In this document: positions 9,443-17,660 of the stretch, in pieces
How the letters are laid out: every line of letters starts with the position of its first letter
How positions within the stretch are numbered: position 1 is the first letter of the stretch
Virus record (IMG/VR): IMGVR_UViG_3300024255_000128
Span: 1 to 27,299 of that record
Source of the DNA: a virus
Lineage: Duplodnaviria > Caudoviricetes
Direction: 5' to 3' (one strand)
DNA length: 27,299 nucleotides
The notes under the pieces: model-generated
The model's database searches: none
Told to the model about the DNA's origin: nothing
What the model saw: the letters and a program-made list of their open reading frames with translations, nothing else
Translations under genes and position numbers: made by a program

Positions 9443-10960
9443 ATGAAAAAATTTGATGAATTTATTGGCGAAGGTAAAATCACTCTAAAGAGAAGATATA
9501 CTGAAAACCATCCAGCAGTTACTGCAGGAAGTCACGCAAAAATAAGAAACACTGTTTTAGAAGCAATTGCTGATGGAACATTAACTCAAGAAGAATTTGA
9601 CAACATCTTAAAAGAAATGTCAAGCGATTCAGGTAGATGGATGAGAAGAAATTCCAAGTATTTTAGTGTCAGTGAAGCTGGCATTTCTCTTTCTAAATTT
9701 GGACAAAGAGTATTAACAACAATCAATATTTCTGAAGAAGTAGCTGAAGAAGAAGTTGAAGAAGGTAATGCTTTCGGAGATGCAGTTACAAAAGCCAAAG
9801 AAAATGGAGACAAAGAATTTGAATTCGATGGGAAAACTTATCCTGTAAAAGAAGGTAGAGGGTTTGTTGCGGCAGCTAAAAAAGCAAAAGACGCAGGTGA
9901 AAAAGAATTTGAATTTAACGGTAAAACTTACCCTGTTCTAATTAAAGAAGAAACAACTGTATTTGAATCATTTCAATCATTTGTTGATAATTTAAACGAG
10001 GCTTTTGGTTCAATGAAACTTTCTAAGTTATTCACAAGCACAAGAGGCAAAGTTGATAAATCATTAGCAGGCGCATTTTATGGTAAAACTAAAGTTGCTT
10101 TAGATAAAGTACAGGATGAAGATCTTATTGATACTGATCCAATGACAGCGTACAAGGCAAAACAAACAAACACTATTGTTTTTTATATCTCAGATAATGA
10201 GAAAGATAATCCATATGCACCTTATGATGGATATAGTAGTAGCAAGGTTATCCCAGGTGGAGGTTACTTATTAGCTGTAGCAAGTGGAGGTAATGAATTT
10301 TACACAAACACATGGACTAGTAGATATTCCAGTAACAGAGACAGAACTTTAAAAACTACTCCTAATAATTCAAGCGATACTATTGGTATTTCTAAGAAGT
10401 ATAAAGGATGGGACGGAACTGGACTTTACAATGTAAAGAGAATTGCAGAAGTTGCAGATAGAGCAGTTGTAATTAATATTGATTTATTACAACAAAAGTA
10501 TTCTACAGCCAACAAAAGAGATGAAAGATCAGCAGCAAAAGCAGGAGCGATTGCATTCAAATCTGATAAAGACTTCAAACAAGAAAACAAAAACAGATAC
10601 ACTCAAATTTTAGCTACTAAAGCAGCTGCATTACCGTTAGATAAAATGGTTTCAGATGCAATTGATGAATTAGCTAAACAAATACAAGATGGTTTAAAAG
10701 CCGGAGAGAAAACTGAATACGGAGAAATCTATATCGGTAAAAACAAAAGAGGTTCTACTGTAAAATTAAAAGATGCTTCTTCACATATGTCATCTATTTT
10801 AGATGATTACTCAAGATACTGTGATTATATCGCAAGATCTGAAGAGTCTGAACAGAGATATGGCACTGGTGAAAGATGGTACGAAAGAGAAGCTAAGACA
10901 TACGCTAAATCTATTAAGGATAGAATTAACAAAATTAAAACATTCGATTACGCTTGGTAA
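9443..10960 (+). CDS. Probable virion internal protein with 30-aa tandem repeat
   Basis: Starts MKKFDEFIGE; internal FESFQSFVDNLNE; two AxxxGxKEFEFxGKTYPV repeats. Confidence 0.6.
   Translation: MKKFDEFIGEGKITLKRRYTENHPAVTAGSHAKIRNTVLEAIADGTLTQEEFDNILKEMSSDSGRWMRRNSKYFSVSEAGISLSKFGQRVLTTINISEEVAEEEVEEGNAFGDAVTKAKENGDKEFEFDGKTYPVKEGRGFVAAAKKAKDAGEKEFEFNGKTYPVLIKEETTVFESFQSFVDNLNEAFGSMKLSKLFTSTRGKVDKSLAGAFYGKTKVALDKVQDEDLIDTDPMTAYKAKQTNTIVFYISDNEKDNPYAPYDGYSSSKVIPGGGYLLAVASGGNEFYTNTWTSRYSSNRDRTLKTTPNNSSDTIGISKKYKGWDGTGLYNVKRIAEVADRAVVINIDLLQQKYSTANKRDERSAAKAGAIAFKSDKDFKQENKNRYTQILATKAAALPLDKMVSDAIDELAKQIQDGLKAGEKTEYGEIYIGKNKRGSTVKLKDASSHMSSILDDYSRYCDYIARSEESEQRYGTGERWYEREAKTYAKSIKDRINKIKTFDYAW
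9761..9937 (+). repeat. Two in-frame 90-nt tandem repeats
   Basis: EGNAFGDAVTKAKENGDKEFEFDGKTYPVK / EGRGFVAAAKKAKDAGEKEFEFNGKTYPV, starting at 9761 and 9851. Confidence 0.85.
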
Positions 10961-10987
10961 TTAATACAATAAACAAATAATATAGAG

Positions 10988-11416
10988 ATGAGACATATTA
11001 AATTATTCGAACAGTTTCTTAACGAAGCAACATTAAAAGAAGGAAGAGACGAAGCATTAGCTAACGCTATTCTTGCATACTTTTATGCAGTTGAAGGAAC
11101 ACCAGAAGGTGACGCCGTAAGAGCATTACCTGGAAATCCAATTAGATATGATGGACAAGTAGGTGAACAAGCTGGTTTAAGCGGATGGGGAAAAGATGTT
11201 GTAAAAGATTTATCAGGTGCTAGAAGATGTCCTTCTGACTTCATGCTGGGCAACGTTGTAACAATAGCAGCAAGCAACGGTAACTCATATTACTTTGATG
11301 GTGGTGAATTCGTAGAAGGTGATAAAACTATTATTAGAGGAACTAATAAAATGAAATACAGAGAATTTATCGGTGAACTTATTAAGTTAAAGATAATCGA
11401 AACTCCAAAGTATTAA
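10988..11416 (+). CDS. Hypothetical protein with capsid-targeting-like N terminus
   Basis: MRHIKLFEQFLNE start; otherwise unrecognised. Confidence 0.65.
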   Translation: MRHIKLFEQFLNEATLKEGRDEALANAILAYFYAVEGTPEGDAVRALPGNPIRYDGQVGEQAGLSGWGKDVVKDLSGARRCPSDFMLGNVVTIAASNGNSYYFDGGEFVEGDKTIIRGTNKMKYREFIGELIKLKIIETPKY

Positions 11417-11418
11417 TA

Positions 11419-11928
11419 ATGACAAATTCATTTAATTCATTCGTAGAAGAGAACATAACTCCAGCCAATATGGCAGGTATGGGACCAGTTGCACTTCCAG
11501 TTGATGGAGCAGACGGTTCTCGTGGATCAGGAGATGTTCCTGCTGGAAGCGGTGATGCTGAAGAAGAATTTAAGAAAAGAAAAAAAGAAAGAGAAGCTAT
11601 GGAAAGAGAAGCTATGAAAAAAGAATCTAATAGTCACATAAAAAGTTTCGAAGCATTTTCATTTGATTTTGAAGGAACAGACATTAGAAATCCATTTACA
11701 GATGAGACTGCAAGACAAGACGTAGAGCCAAAACAATATTACGGAAAAGATTATGCCAAGTCAGATATTAAGAAGATTATTGACGCTAGTGAAGAATTTA
11801 TTAGTAAATACAATGAATGGAAAGAATATAAGCCGTTAGATGCAGATGAAGATTTACATGCAGATTATGGTCAATTCGTTAAAGCATCTTTGGAAAATCT
11901 AAATACATTAGTTAAAAAGTTAGGATAA
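11419..11928 (+). CDS. Hypothetical protein with capsid-targeting-like motifs
   Basis: MTNSFNSFVEE start, Gly-rich linker, internal HIKSFEAF. Confidence 0.65.
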   Translation: MTNSFNSFVEENITPANMAGMGPVALPVDGADGSRGSGDVPAGSGDAEEEFKKRKKEREAMEREAMKKESNSHIKSFEAFSFDFEGTDIRNPFTDETARQDVEPKQYYGKDYAKSDIKKIIDASEEFISKYNEWKEYKPLDADEDLHADYGQFVKASLENLNTLVKKLG

Positions 11929-11956
11929 TTTAAGTATCATCGAATTAAACTAAGAG

Positions 11957-11982
11957 AAGCCCGCTTTATGCGGGTTTTTTTA
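11957..11982 (+). terminator. Intrinsic terminator
   Basis: AAGCCCGC-TTTAT-GCGGGTTT stem plus T tract, closing the 4418-11928 block. Confidence 0.85.
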
Positions 11983-11987
11983 TGCAC

Positions 11988-12072
11988 GAAACTTTTTTTA
12001 AAATAAGTCACTCCAGATTTTTTTATGTCAAAAACATTTTGTATATTAGCAGTATAATAATTAAAGAAAGAA
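11988..12072 (+). repeat. 85-bp promoter-containing repeat, copy 1
   Basis: Blocks GAAACTTTTTTTAAAATAAGTCAC, TTTTTTATGTC, GTATATTAG and AGTATAATAATTAAAGAAAGAA are shared with the copy at 12448. Confidence 0.9.
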
Positions 12073-12076
12073 AGAA

Positions 12077-12466
12077 TTGACAAAAGAAAACTGCCAAAAT
12101 ACAATAAACAAAGTATATTCTAAAATAAAGAATCATTACGGATTATCTAAATTTCACACTGAATTTCCTGAGGTTAAGATCCACCATAACATATATGCTA
12201 GAATAACAGGTATCGAAGGCATGGAAGGCGAGTGTGATCCTGATGCAGATTTCGAAAGAGAAACCAATACTATTTGGATCTATTACCCAAAAGCAATAAA
12301 TGAACAGTGGATAACTGAAACGATTTTACACGAATACACACACTATTTACAAGACGGCAAAGAATTTCAAAGACTTTATGACGAGGAAGGATATGAGTAT
12401 ATTAATCATCCATTTGAACTAGAAGCTATCGCTGCAGAAAAAAACTGGAAACTTTTTTTAAAATAA
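12077..12466 (+). CDS. Putative zincin-type metallopeptidase domain protein (TTG start)
   Basis: ILHEYTHYLQ (HExxH) with downstream PFELEA supplying a likely third ligand. Confidence 0.65.
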   Translation: MTKENCQNTINKVYSKIKNHYGLSKFHTEFPEVKIHHNIYARITGIEGMEGECDPDADFERETNTIWIYYPKAINEQWITETILHEYTHYLQDGKEFQRLYDEEGYEYINHPFELEAIAAEKNWKLFLK

Positions 12467-12532
12467 GTCACAAAAAGCTTTTTTATGTCGATTATTTGTG
12501 GTATATTAGTAGTATAATAATTAAAGAAAGAA
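12448..12532 (+). repeat. 85-bp promoter-containing repeat, copy 2
   Basis: Colinear without gaps with 11988-12072 (460-bp offset); overlaps the stop of the preceding ORF. Confidence 0.9.
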
Positions 12533-12534
12533 CA

Positions 12535-12945
12535 ATGGCTATACCTAAAATTTACAAACACGGAATCGAAATCACCAAACCTTGGTCAAAAGAGATGTAC
12601 AAGTACAATGAAAATGTACAATCGCACATGATCAAAGATATTGAAATCGCTATCAATATGTTGACTGATATTGAAACTGCTAACGTATTAGCAAAGATCA
12701 TTAATCCATATGGATATGGTGAAGGCTACGAATTAGAAGACATGAAAGAAGACATGTTAAAGAATGCACAATATGCTGAACTGTATTGGTTATCAGAAAT
12801 CTGGAACGATTTAATAGAAGCTGGTTTCACAAAGCCATATTTCGGTGAATATGAAGGAGATTCGGAAGTTGTTACAACGGTTTTCAATATCATTGGATTT
12901 GAATCAAGAGAAGAAATACTAGAATTAAGAACTAAATTCGCATAA
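12535..12945 (+). CDS. Hypothetical acidic protein
   Basis: ORF track start 12496 lies inside the repeat; the ATG at 12535 directly follows it (MAIPKIYKH...). Confidence 0.7.
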   Translation: MAIPKIYKHGIEITKPWSKEMYKYNENVQSHMIKDIEIAINMLTDIETANVLAKIINPYGYGEGYELEDMKEDMLKNAQYAELYWLSEIWNDLIEAGFTKPYFGEYEGDSEVVTTVFNIIGFESREEILELRTKFA

Positions 12946-12946
12946 T

Positions 12947-13132
12947 ATGAAAAAGATAAAAGCAAAATTATTGACATACCTATTTACTGATTGGGTAAAA
13001 ACTGAAAAAGACGTTGACATTTTACTTATGACTAAGAAAATGATCGATGATCGTAAAAACGAAATAGTAGGTCACACGCCTATTATCGGATTCAGAACAC
13101 ATAGCATGCACACTAACCAAAAAATACAATAA
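12947..13132 (+). CDS. Hypothetical protein (61 aa)
   Basis: Tightly packed between neighbours. Confidence 0.6.
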   Translation: MKKIKAKLLTYLFTDWVKTEKDVDILLMTKKMIDDRKNEIVGHTPIIGFRTHSMHTNQKIQ

Positions 13133-13134
13133 AC

Positions 13135-13392
13135 ATGGCACATAAATTATTTGACAGACACGAATGCTTTACATCAGAAATGATGACTATGACAATGGAT
13201 GTTATTAAAGCAACTGAAGACGATTCATTAACAAACATGGCTTATGGTCTTTTTGACGGCTACTTATATGAAGATTTATTGCCTAGAGCTATTAAGCTTG
13301 GAGTAAGTAAAGAAATAGAAAATAAAATCAGAGGTTTGAAAAAAGCAATTGAAATGTTTATTCAAGTAACTTCGCCAGCAGAAAACATTTAA
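13135..13392 (+). CDS. Hypothetical protein (85 aa)
   Basis: Tightly packed; typical composition. Confidence 0.65.
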   Translation: MAHKLFDRHECFTSEMMTMTMDVIKATEDDSLTNMAYGLFDGYLYEDLLPRAIKLGVSKEIENKIRGLKKAIEMFIQVTSPAENI

Positions 13393-13396
13393 AAAC

Positions 13397-13699
13397 ATGG
13401 AAACATTTGACAAACTAAAAGTAATTAAGAAAGAAGTACAGAAATTCTTCGATGACAGTGCAGAACAATTCATTCATGACAATGACATTATATCTTGGGA
13501 AGAAAAGCATGTTGTAGAAACAGGCACTCAGATCATGGCCAAGAAATGGAAAGTTTCTGAAAATTGTGGAGGATTTGTAGATTCAGTGGTAGCAAACGAC
13601 CTAAGCAAAGCCATGGCAAGTGCAGACAATATAAACCAACATGCTGTCAGATTCTACTGTGCTATGATGTATAACTTATCTAGACCTAAACGTGTATAA
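13397..13699 (+). CDS. Hypothetical protein (100 aa)
   Basis: Tightly packed; GGFVDSVVANDLSKAMASAD resembles a small-phage-protein motif. Confidence 0.65.
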   Translation: METFDKLKVIKKEVQKFFDDSAEQFIHDNDIISWEEKHVVETGTQIMAKKWKVSENCGGFVDSVVANDLSKAMASADNINQHAVRFYCAMMYNLSRPKRV

Positions 13700-13765
13700 T
13701 ACTAACATTGTAACGCAACTTGACCACCAGCGCAGGTGCAGCACACAAAGAGCTGAAAATATATT

Positions 13766-13793
13766 TAAACAATTTCAGCTTTGTGTGTATAAT
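13766..13793 (+). promoter_or_regulatory. Putative phage promoter TAAAC-N17-TATAAT, overlapped by an inverted repeat
   Basis: Motif variant with exact spacer; heads the modification cluster. Confidence 0.6.
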
Positions 13794-13808
13794 AACTAAA
13801 TAAATCAT

Positions 13809-14120
13809 ATGTCTAAGAATACAAAAACTAACATTTTATCAGAAGCAAATGACATAGTCAATAATCGCTCTGAAGAAAAATCACGTCAATATGGTCCTTT
13901 TGAAGAAGGTATGAGACGAGCTGCTATGATATTTAACGGTATGACTGGCCAAGACTTAAACGGTTCAGATATGTATGCCGCATTAGTAGCACTTAAACTA
14001 AGTCGCCACTCGTATAATTACAAGCAAGACAATTTATTAGATGCTGTTGCATATTTAGGTGCACTAGATAATTATGTTGAAAAACATGGCTATAAAGAAA
14101 ATGAAGATCCATTAAAGTAA
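13809..14120 (+). CDS. DUF6378-like all-alpha protein (possible nucleotide pyrophosphohydrolase-related)
   Basis: Pattern ILSEANDIV...QYGP...ALKLSR...DNLLDAVAY. Confidence 0.7.
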   Translation: MSKNTKTNILSEANDIVNNRSEEKSRQYGPFEEGMRRAAMIFNGMTGQDLNGSDMYAALVALKLSRHSYNYKQDNLLDAVAYLGALDNYVEKHGYKENEDPLK

Positions 14121-14124
14121 AATT

Positions 14125-15186
14125 ATGACAGAATTAACATTTTTCACAGAACAGGAAACCGATAAGTCGATCAAAGTCGGCATTTGTGCATTGGTTGGTA
14201 AAATTAGTCCTAAGATCTCATCACATAAAGGTGCATGGGCTCATATGTTATTAAATCAATTACAAAATGCAGGATTTGATAATGCAGAAGTAATCACGTC
14301 TAACCAAACTGATTGGAATGACTATGATGCAATCCTTATTGATCATGGTATGGAATTTAAAGGAACCTTTAATATATTTGGAGGATCTAATGACGATTTA
14401 TATCATCAGTTGATGAGATTGTTCACACCTGTTAAATTATATTCTTTACACCATGATATGCCAGATATCGGTAACTTAATTAAAACAAGACTCAATGCTG
14501 GTACAGATTTATTTAAAACACTTGAATCTAGAATTGAAGAAGCTACTGAAATTTGTAAAACTATTCAAAGAACTGATCACATAGAGAAAACTCAAAAATT
14601 ATGTTTTGGTGATAGTCACTCTTTTGGAATGTATCAATCTGGATATATGTGTCAAAGACATGATGGACTAACAATGCACGGCGCATTTAAAAAAGGTTTA
14701 CAAAGTTATGTTTATCCATGGGTAAATGAACTTACCGTTTATATAGGTAACATTGATGTTAGACACCACTTGATGAGACAAAGTAATCCAAGCGCTGCTG
14801 TTAAAACACTCATAAAGAGATATGAAGAAGAACTCATTGGATTAGGTATTAGTAATATTGAAATTGTTAATGTTTTACCTATTGAAAATGAAAGCAGACC
14901 ATTACCAAAAACAGGATATTATAAAGGAACTCCATTTGCTGGAACTTGGGCAGAACGTACAGCTTTAGTTAAAGAACTTAACGAAGGCATTGAAGATATG
15001 GCACAAAGAAATAATTGGAAAATCTATAAACATCCAGAAGTTTATTTTAATGCCAAAGGTGAATTAACATTTGATGTTATGGAAAAACCAAAGTCTGTAC
15101 ACATCTCTAGAGAATACTATAGATGGAATATGGAAAAGAATGAATCTAATAAAAACTTAATTAAACAAACGTTATCGTTATTCTAA
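14125..15186 (+). CDS. Beta-glucosyltransferase-like N-terminal domain fused to SGNH hydrolase/acyltransferase domain
   Basis: C half has FGDSHS (block I), GNID (block III-like) and SVH (block V His). N half has NDYDAILI...NIFGG...KLYSLHHD, resembling T4 BGT as recalled. Confidence 0.55.
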   Translation: MTELTFFTEQETDKSIKVGICALVGKISPKISSHKGAWAHMLLNQLQNAGFDNAEVITSNQTDWNDYDAILIDHGMEFKGTFNIFGGSNDDLYHQLMRLFTPVKLYSLHHDMPDIGNLIKTRLNAGTDLFKTLESRIEEATEICKTIQRTDHIEKTQKLCFGDSHSFGMYQSGYMCQRHDGLTMHGAFKKGLQSYVYPWVNELTVYIGNIDVRHHLMRQSNPSAAVKTLIKRYEEELIGLGISNIEIVNVLPIENESRPLPKTGYYKGTPFAGTWAERTALVKELNEGIEDMAQRNNWKIYKHPEVYFNAKGELTFDVMEKPKSVHISREYYRWNMEKNESNKNLIKQTLSLF

Positions 15187-15187
15187 A

Positions 15188-15337
15188 ATGAAACTAGACG
15201 AAAAATTCAACATAAAAATTACTTATATAACATCTGGCGAATCAGAAGTTATTGTAGTAGAAACAAAAGACATCGAGTGGTCAATGAATCAATTTCAAAG
15301 AAACAGACCACCACTCAAGTGGACAATTATAGATTAA
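15188..15337 (+). CDS. Small 49-aa protein (absent from ORF track)
   Basis: MKLDEKFNIKITYITSGESEVIVVETKDIEWSMNQFQRNRPPLKWTIID*; fills the gap with 1-nt spacing on each side. Confidence 0.7.
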   Translation: MKLDEKFNIKITYITSGESEVIVVETKDIEWSMNQFQRNRPPLKWTIID

Positions 15338-15338
15338 T

Positions 15339-16547
15339 ATGCAGATAACAACAACCAAGTATTACGACGAATTCTTAAGATATTTTGATCTAGCTAAAAA
15401 ACAACAAGAGCTTAGTAATCTTGGCCATGTTCCACATGCAGAATCAGATCTAAATGACGAACTCATGCATCACATAGAACTATATGATGTAGTAGAGCGT
15501 AAGTATGCTGGTTTCTCTGCAATAATTAATGATTGCTTTTATGGTTGGAATTCAGATCATCCATATTGGTCAAGAATGGAAGCTGGATTATACACTCCTC
15601 AAAGAATGGAAGTTGCCAATAATTGGAATTCTAAAAGAGATGAATTCGGATTAGAAGAATGGCTTTACATTTTTATATTACATAGAGTTTGTGGATCTGC
15701 AATTAATTATGCAACCAAACCATCTGGTTATCACAACACTATTTTATTTAAACTACATGAATGTGAAACGATAGAAGAAATGTGTGATGTGATCAAACAT
15801 CATCCAACACCTTTTTACACATCAGTAGGTTATCAATTTCCAGCATTTCCAAAACCACCAAAACCAGAAGTTAATGAAGATTCATTCGTTGGCATGTCAG
15901 GTTTTACAAAACCAGAATATGTGTATAAAAGAGGTGGGGATTATTTCTTATGTGAATTTGCACCAAGAATGGCCAGAGACATGGCAAACTTCTTAAGAGA
16001 AGGTGATAAAAAAGACTTAAGAGAATTGGGTGAATGGATGTTTAAGTGGAATGCAGATAATGGCTTAAGAGCTTATAGATTTCAATATGCTGCAGTTATT
16101 GCAGATGTTTGTGATTGGTACCCAGAATTTATGAACAGAGAATCAATGTTTTATTATGGTACTAATGCAGTAGAATGTATTGGCTATCTTGCAGATCCTG
16201 TAGAAAAGAAAGGTAAGAAATCAGAAGAGTTTTTAGATGCAGTTATGGCTAAGATTTATGAAGATACTGGATCGCTTCCATATAATGCCGAAGATGTTGC
16301 ATGTGATTTTATTAGATGGATTGAAAACTATTTAAGACCTGGAAAAGATTATGCACATATAAACATGGACACTTTGTGGAATTCCTCCTCTATTAAAGAT
16401 CATCCATATGGTAGACAAAAGGCTATGTTAGATCTAGGCTTGGTAAAAACATTTAATGATATGACTCAATTTCCATCTGATGACAAAGTTTTACAAAGCG
16501 CAGGCGTATCAGTTGAAGAATATAAAAAAATGGTAGCAAAGACATGA
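15339..16547 (+). CDS. Putative amino acid:DNA transferase (aGPT-Pplase, HhH glycosylase-like fold), paralogue 1
   Basis: FQYAAVIAD...ESMFYYGTNA and C-terminal NAEDVACDFIRW resemble the family's D...G and ExxxC motifs; next to a PLP enzyme. Confidence 0.55.
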   Translation: MQITTTKYYDEFLRYFDLAKKQQELSNLGHVPHAESDLNDELMHHIELYDVVERKYAGFSAIINDCFYGWNSDHPYWSRMEAGLYTPQRMEVANNWNSKRDEFGLEEWLYIFILHRVCGSAINYATKPSGYHNTILFKLHECETIEEMCDVIKHHPTPFYTSVGYQFPAFPKPPKPEVNEDSFVGMSGFTKPEYVYKRGGDYFLCEFAPRMARDMANFLREGDKKDLRELGEWMFKWNADNGLRAYRFQYAAVIADVCDWYPEFMNRESMFYYGTNAVECIGYLADPVEKKGKKSEEFLDAVMAKIYEDTGSLPYNAEDVACDFIRWIENYLRPGKDYAHINMDTLWNSSSIKDHPYGRQKAMLDLGLVKTFNDMTQFPSDDKVLQSAGVSVEEYKKMVAKT

Positions 16548-17656
16548 GTGAGAAAACAAAAATAAAAGAAGTCGAACCAAAAATCAAACAAACACCAGAT
16601 CAAGGTGTTTTGTTTACGTTTGACGATGATGTTAATCAAGAATATAGAAACATCACATACGAGGGAACTAATACAGATATTGAGTTTAAAAAGAAAAAGC
16701 CAAAAGAAAGTTGGATGAAAGATTGGTCTGAAGAGATGAGGCTAGCTAAATTCTTTGAATTCTGCCATGAGTTTGATAAGAGAGAGGACAAGTTGCTTCT
16801 AGAAGATTACCAGATATTTTCACATAGATTACACTGGCATGAACATCCTTATTGTTATATGATGCAACATGAAACTGATTTAGAAAAGTTATTGTATTAT
16901 ACGATAGTATTCTCGTTCTCTAATGAGCATTGGGGAACTATCACCAGATTAATCAATGAGGGTGAAGAAAAGACTAGAGAACATTTTGTAGAAAACAGAC
17001 ATGCTAGAAACGATTTATTTCAAATCTATTATCCTAAAGGTACAATAGTTAAAGATTGGTTAATTGAAGGTCCTAGAAAAGCAGCTAAAGATATGGTTCA
17101 CATTCTTGAGAATTTAGAAAGACCATATACTATGATGGAATTTGCTAAATTATTAGAAGCTTATTTTAAAGAACACCAAAATTTCAGATCTCCATTATAT
17201 CCATGTAAAAACACTGCAAGATATGTGGCAATGAGTAGACCAGATCTTGTAGATCCTGAATCTGTTTTATTTGGTGGAACTGGACACTTTGATGGTATGC
17301 AACAAATATTTGGAGGAGTTAATCTTAATGGTAAGGTTAAATATTCAATTGATATTGACGGTCAATTTATTGCAGAAAACAAACATGCTGAAGAATGGAT
17401 TAGACAAATGGATCTTTTGGTAAATCATCCAAACAACCCAATGGAAAGCCAAAAATACTTAAACGTAGAAGACAAAACTTGCTTCTTCTATAAGCACATC
17501 GCTATTAGCCATGGCATTAAATCACCAACTAAGAGAATACCATACACGTGGATATTTGATGGTGAATTTAATCTGGCAAAAAACCCCGACAAAGAAATTA
17601 ATGTTAACGCAGATACAACTCGCCACCTATGGGGCAGAGACTATCCAAACGAATAA
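16544..17656 (+). CDS. Putative amino acid:DNA transferase-like protein, paralogue 2
   Basis: ESVLFGGTG and NVEDKTCFFYKH align by eye with paralogue 1; ATGA overlap. Confidence 0.5.
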   Translation: MSEKTKIKEVEPKIKQTPDQGVLFTFDDDVNQEYRNITYEGTNTDIEFKKKKPKESWMKDWSEEMRLAKFFEFCHEFDKREDKLLLEDYQIFSHRLHWHEHPYCYMMQHETDLEKLLYYTIVFSFSNEHWGTITRLINEGEEKTREHFVENRHARNDLFQIYYPKGTIVKDWLIEGPRKAAKDMVHILENLERPYTMMEFAKLLEAYFKEHQNFRSPLYPCKNTARYVAMSRPDLVDPESVLFGGTGHFDGMQQIFGGVNLNGKVKYSIDIDGQFIAENKHAEEWIRQMDLLVNHPNNPMESQKYLNVEDKTCFFYKHIAISHGIKSPTKRIPYTWIFDGEFNLAKNPDKEINVNADTTRHLWGRDYPNE

Positions 17657-17660
17657 ATAT

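Noticed and set aside
11988-12532. CRISPR array or IS ends
   Set aside because: Only two 85-bp direct copies separated by a gene; no cas or transposase gene.
12496-12534. GTG start at 12496
   Set aside because: It lies within the repeated promoter element; ATG 12535 matches the position of the start after copy 1.
17511-17660. N-terminal 50 aa of the PLP enzyme ORF as given in the track
   Set aside because: It overlaps the upstream gene by 146 nt; ATG 17661 follows the upstream stop with normal spacing.
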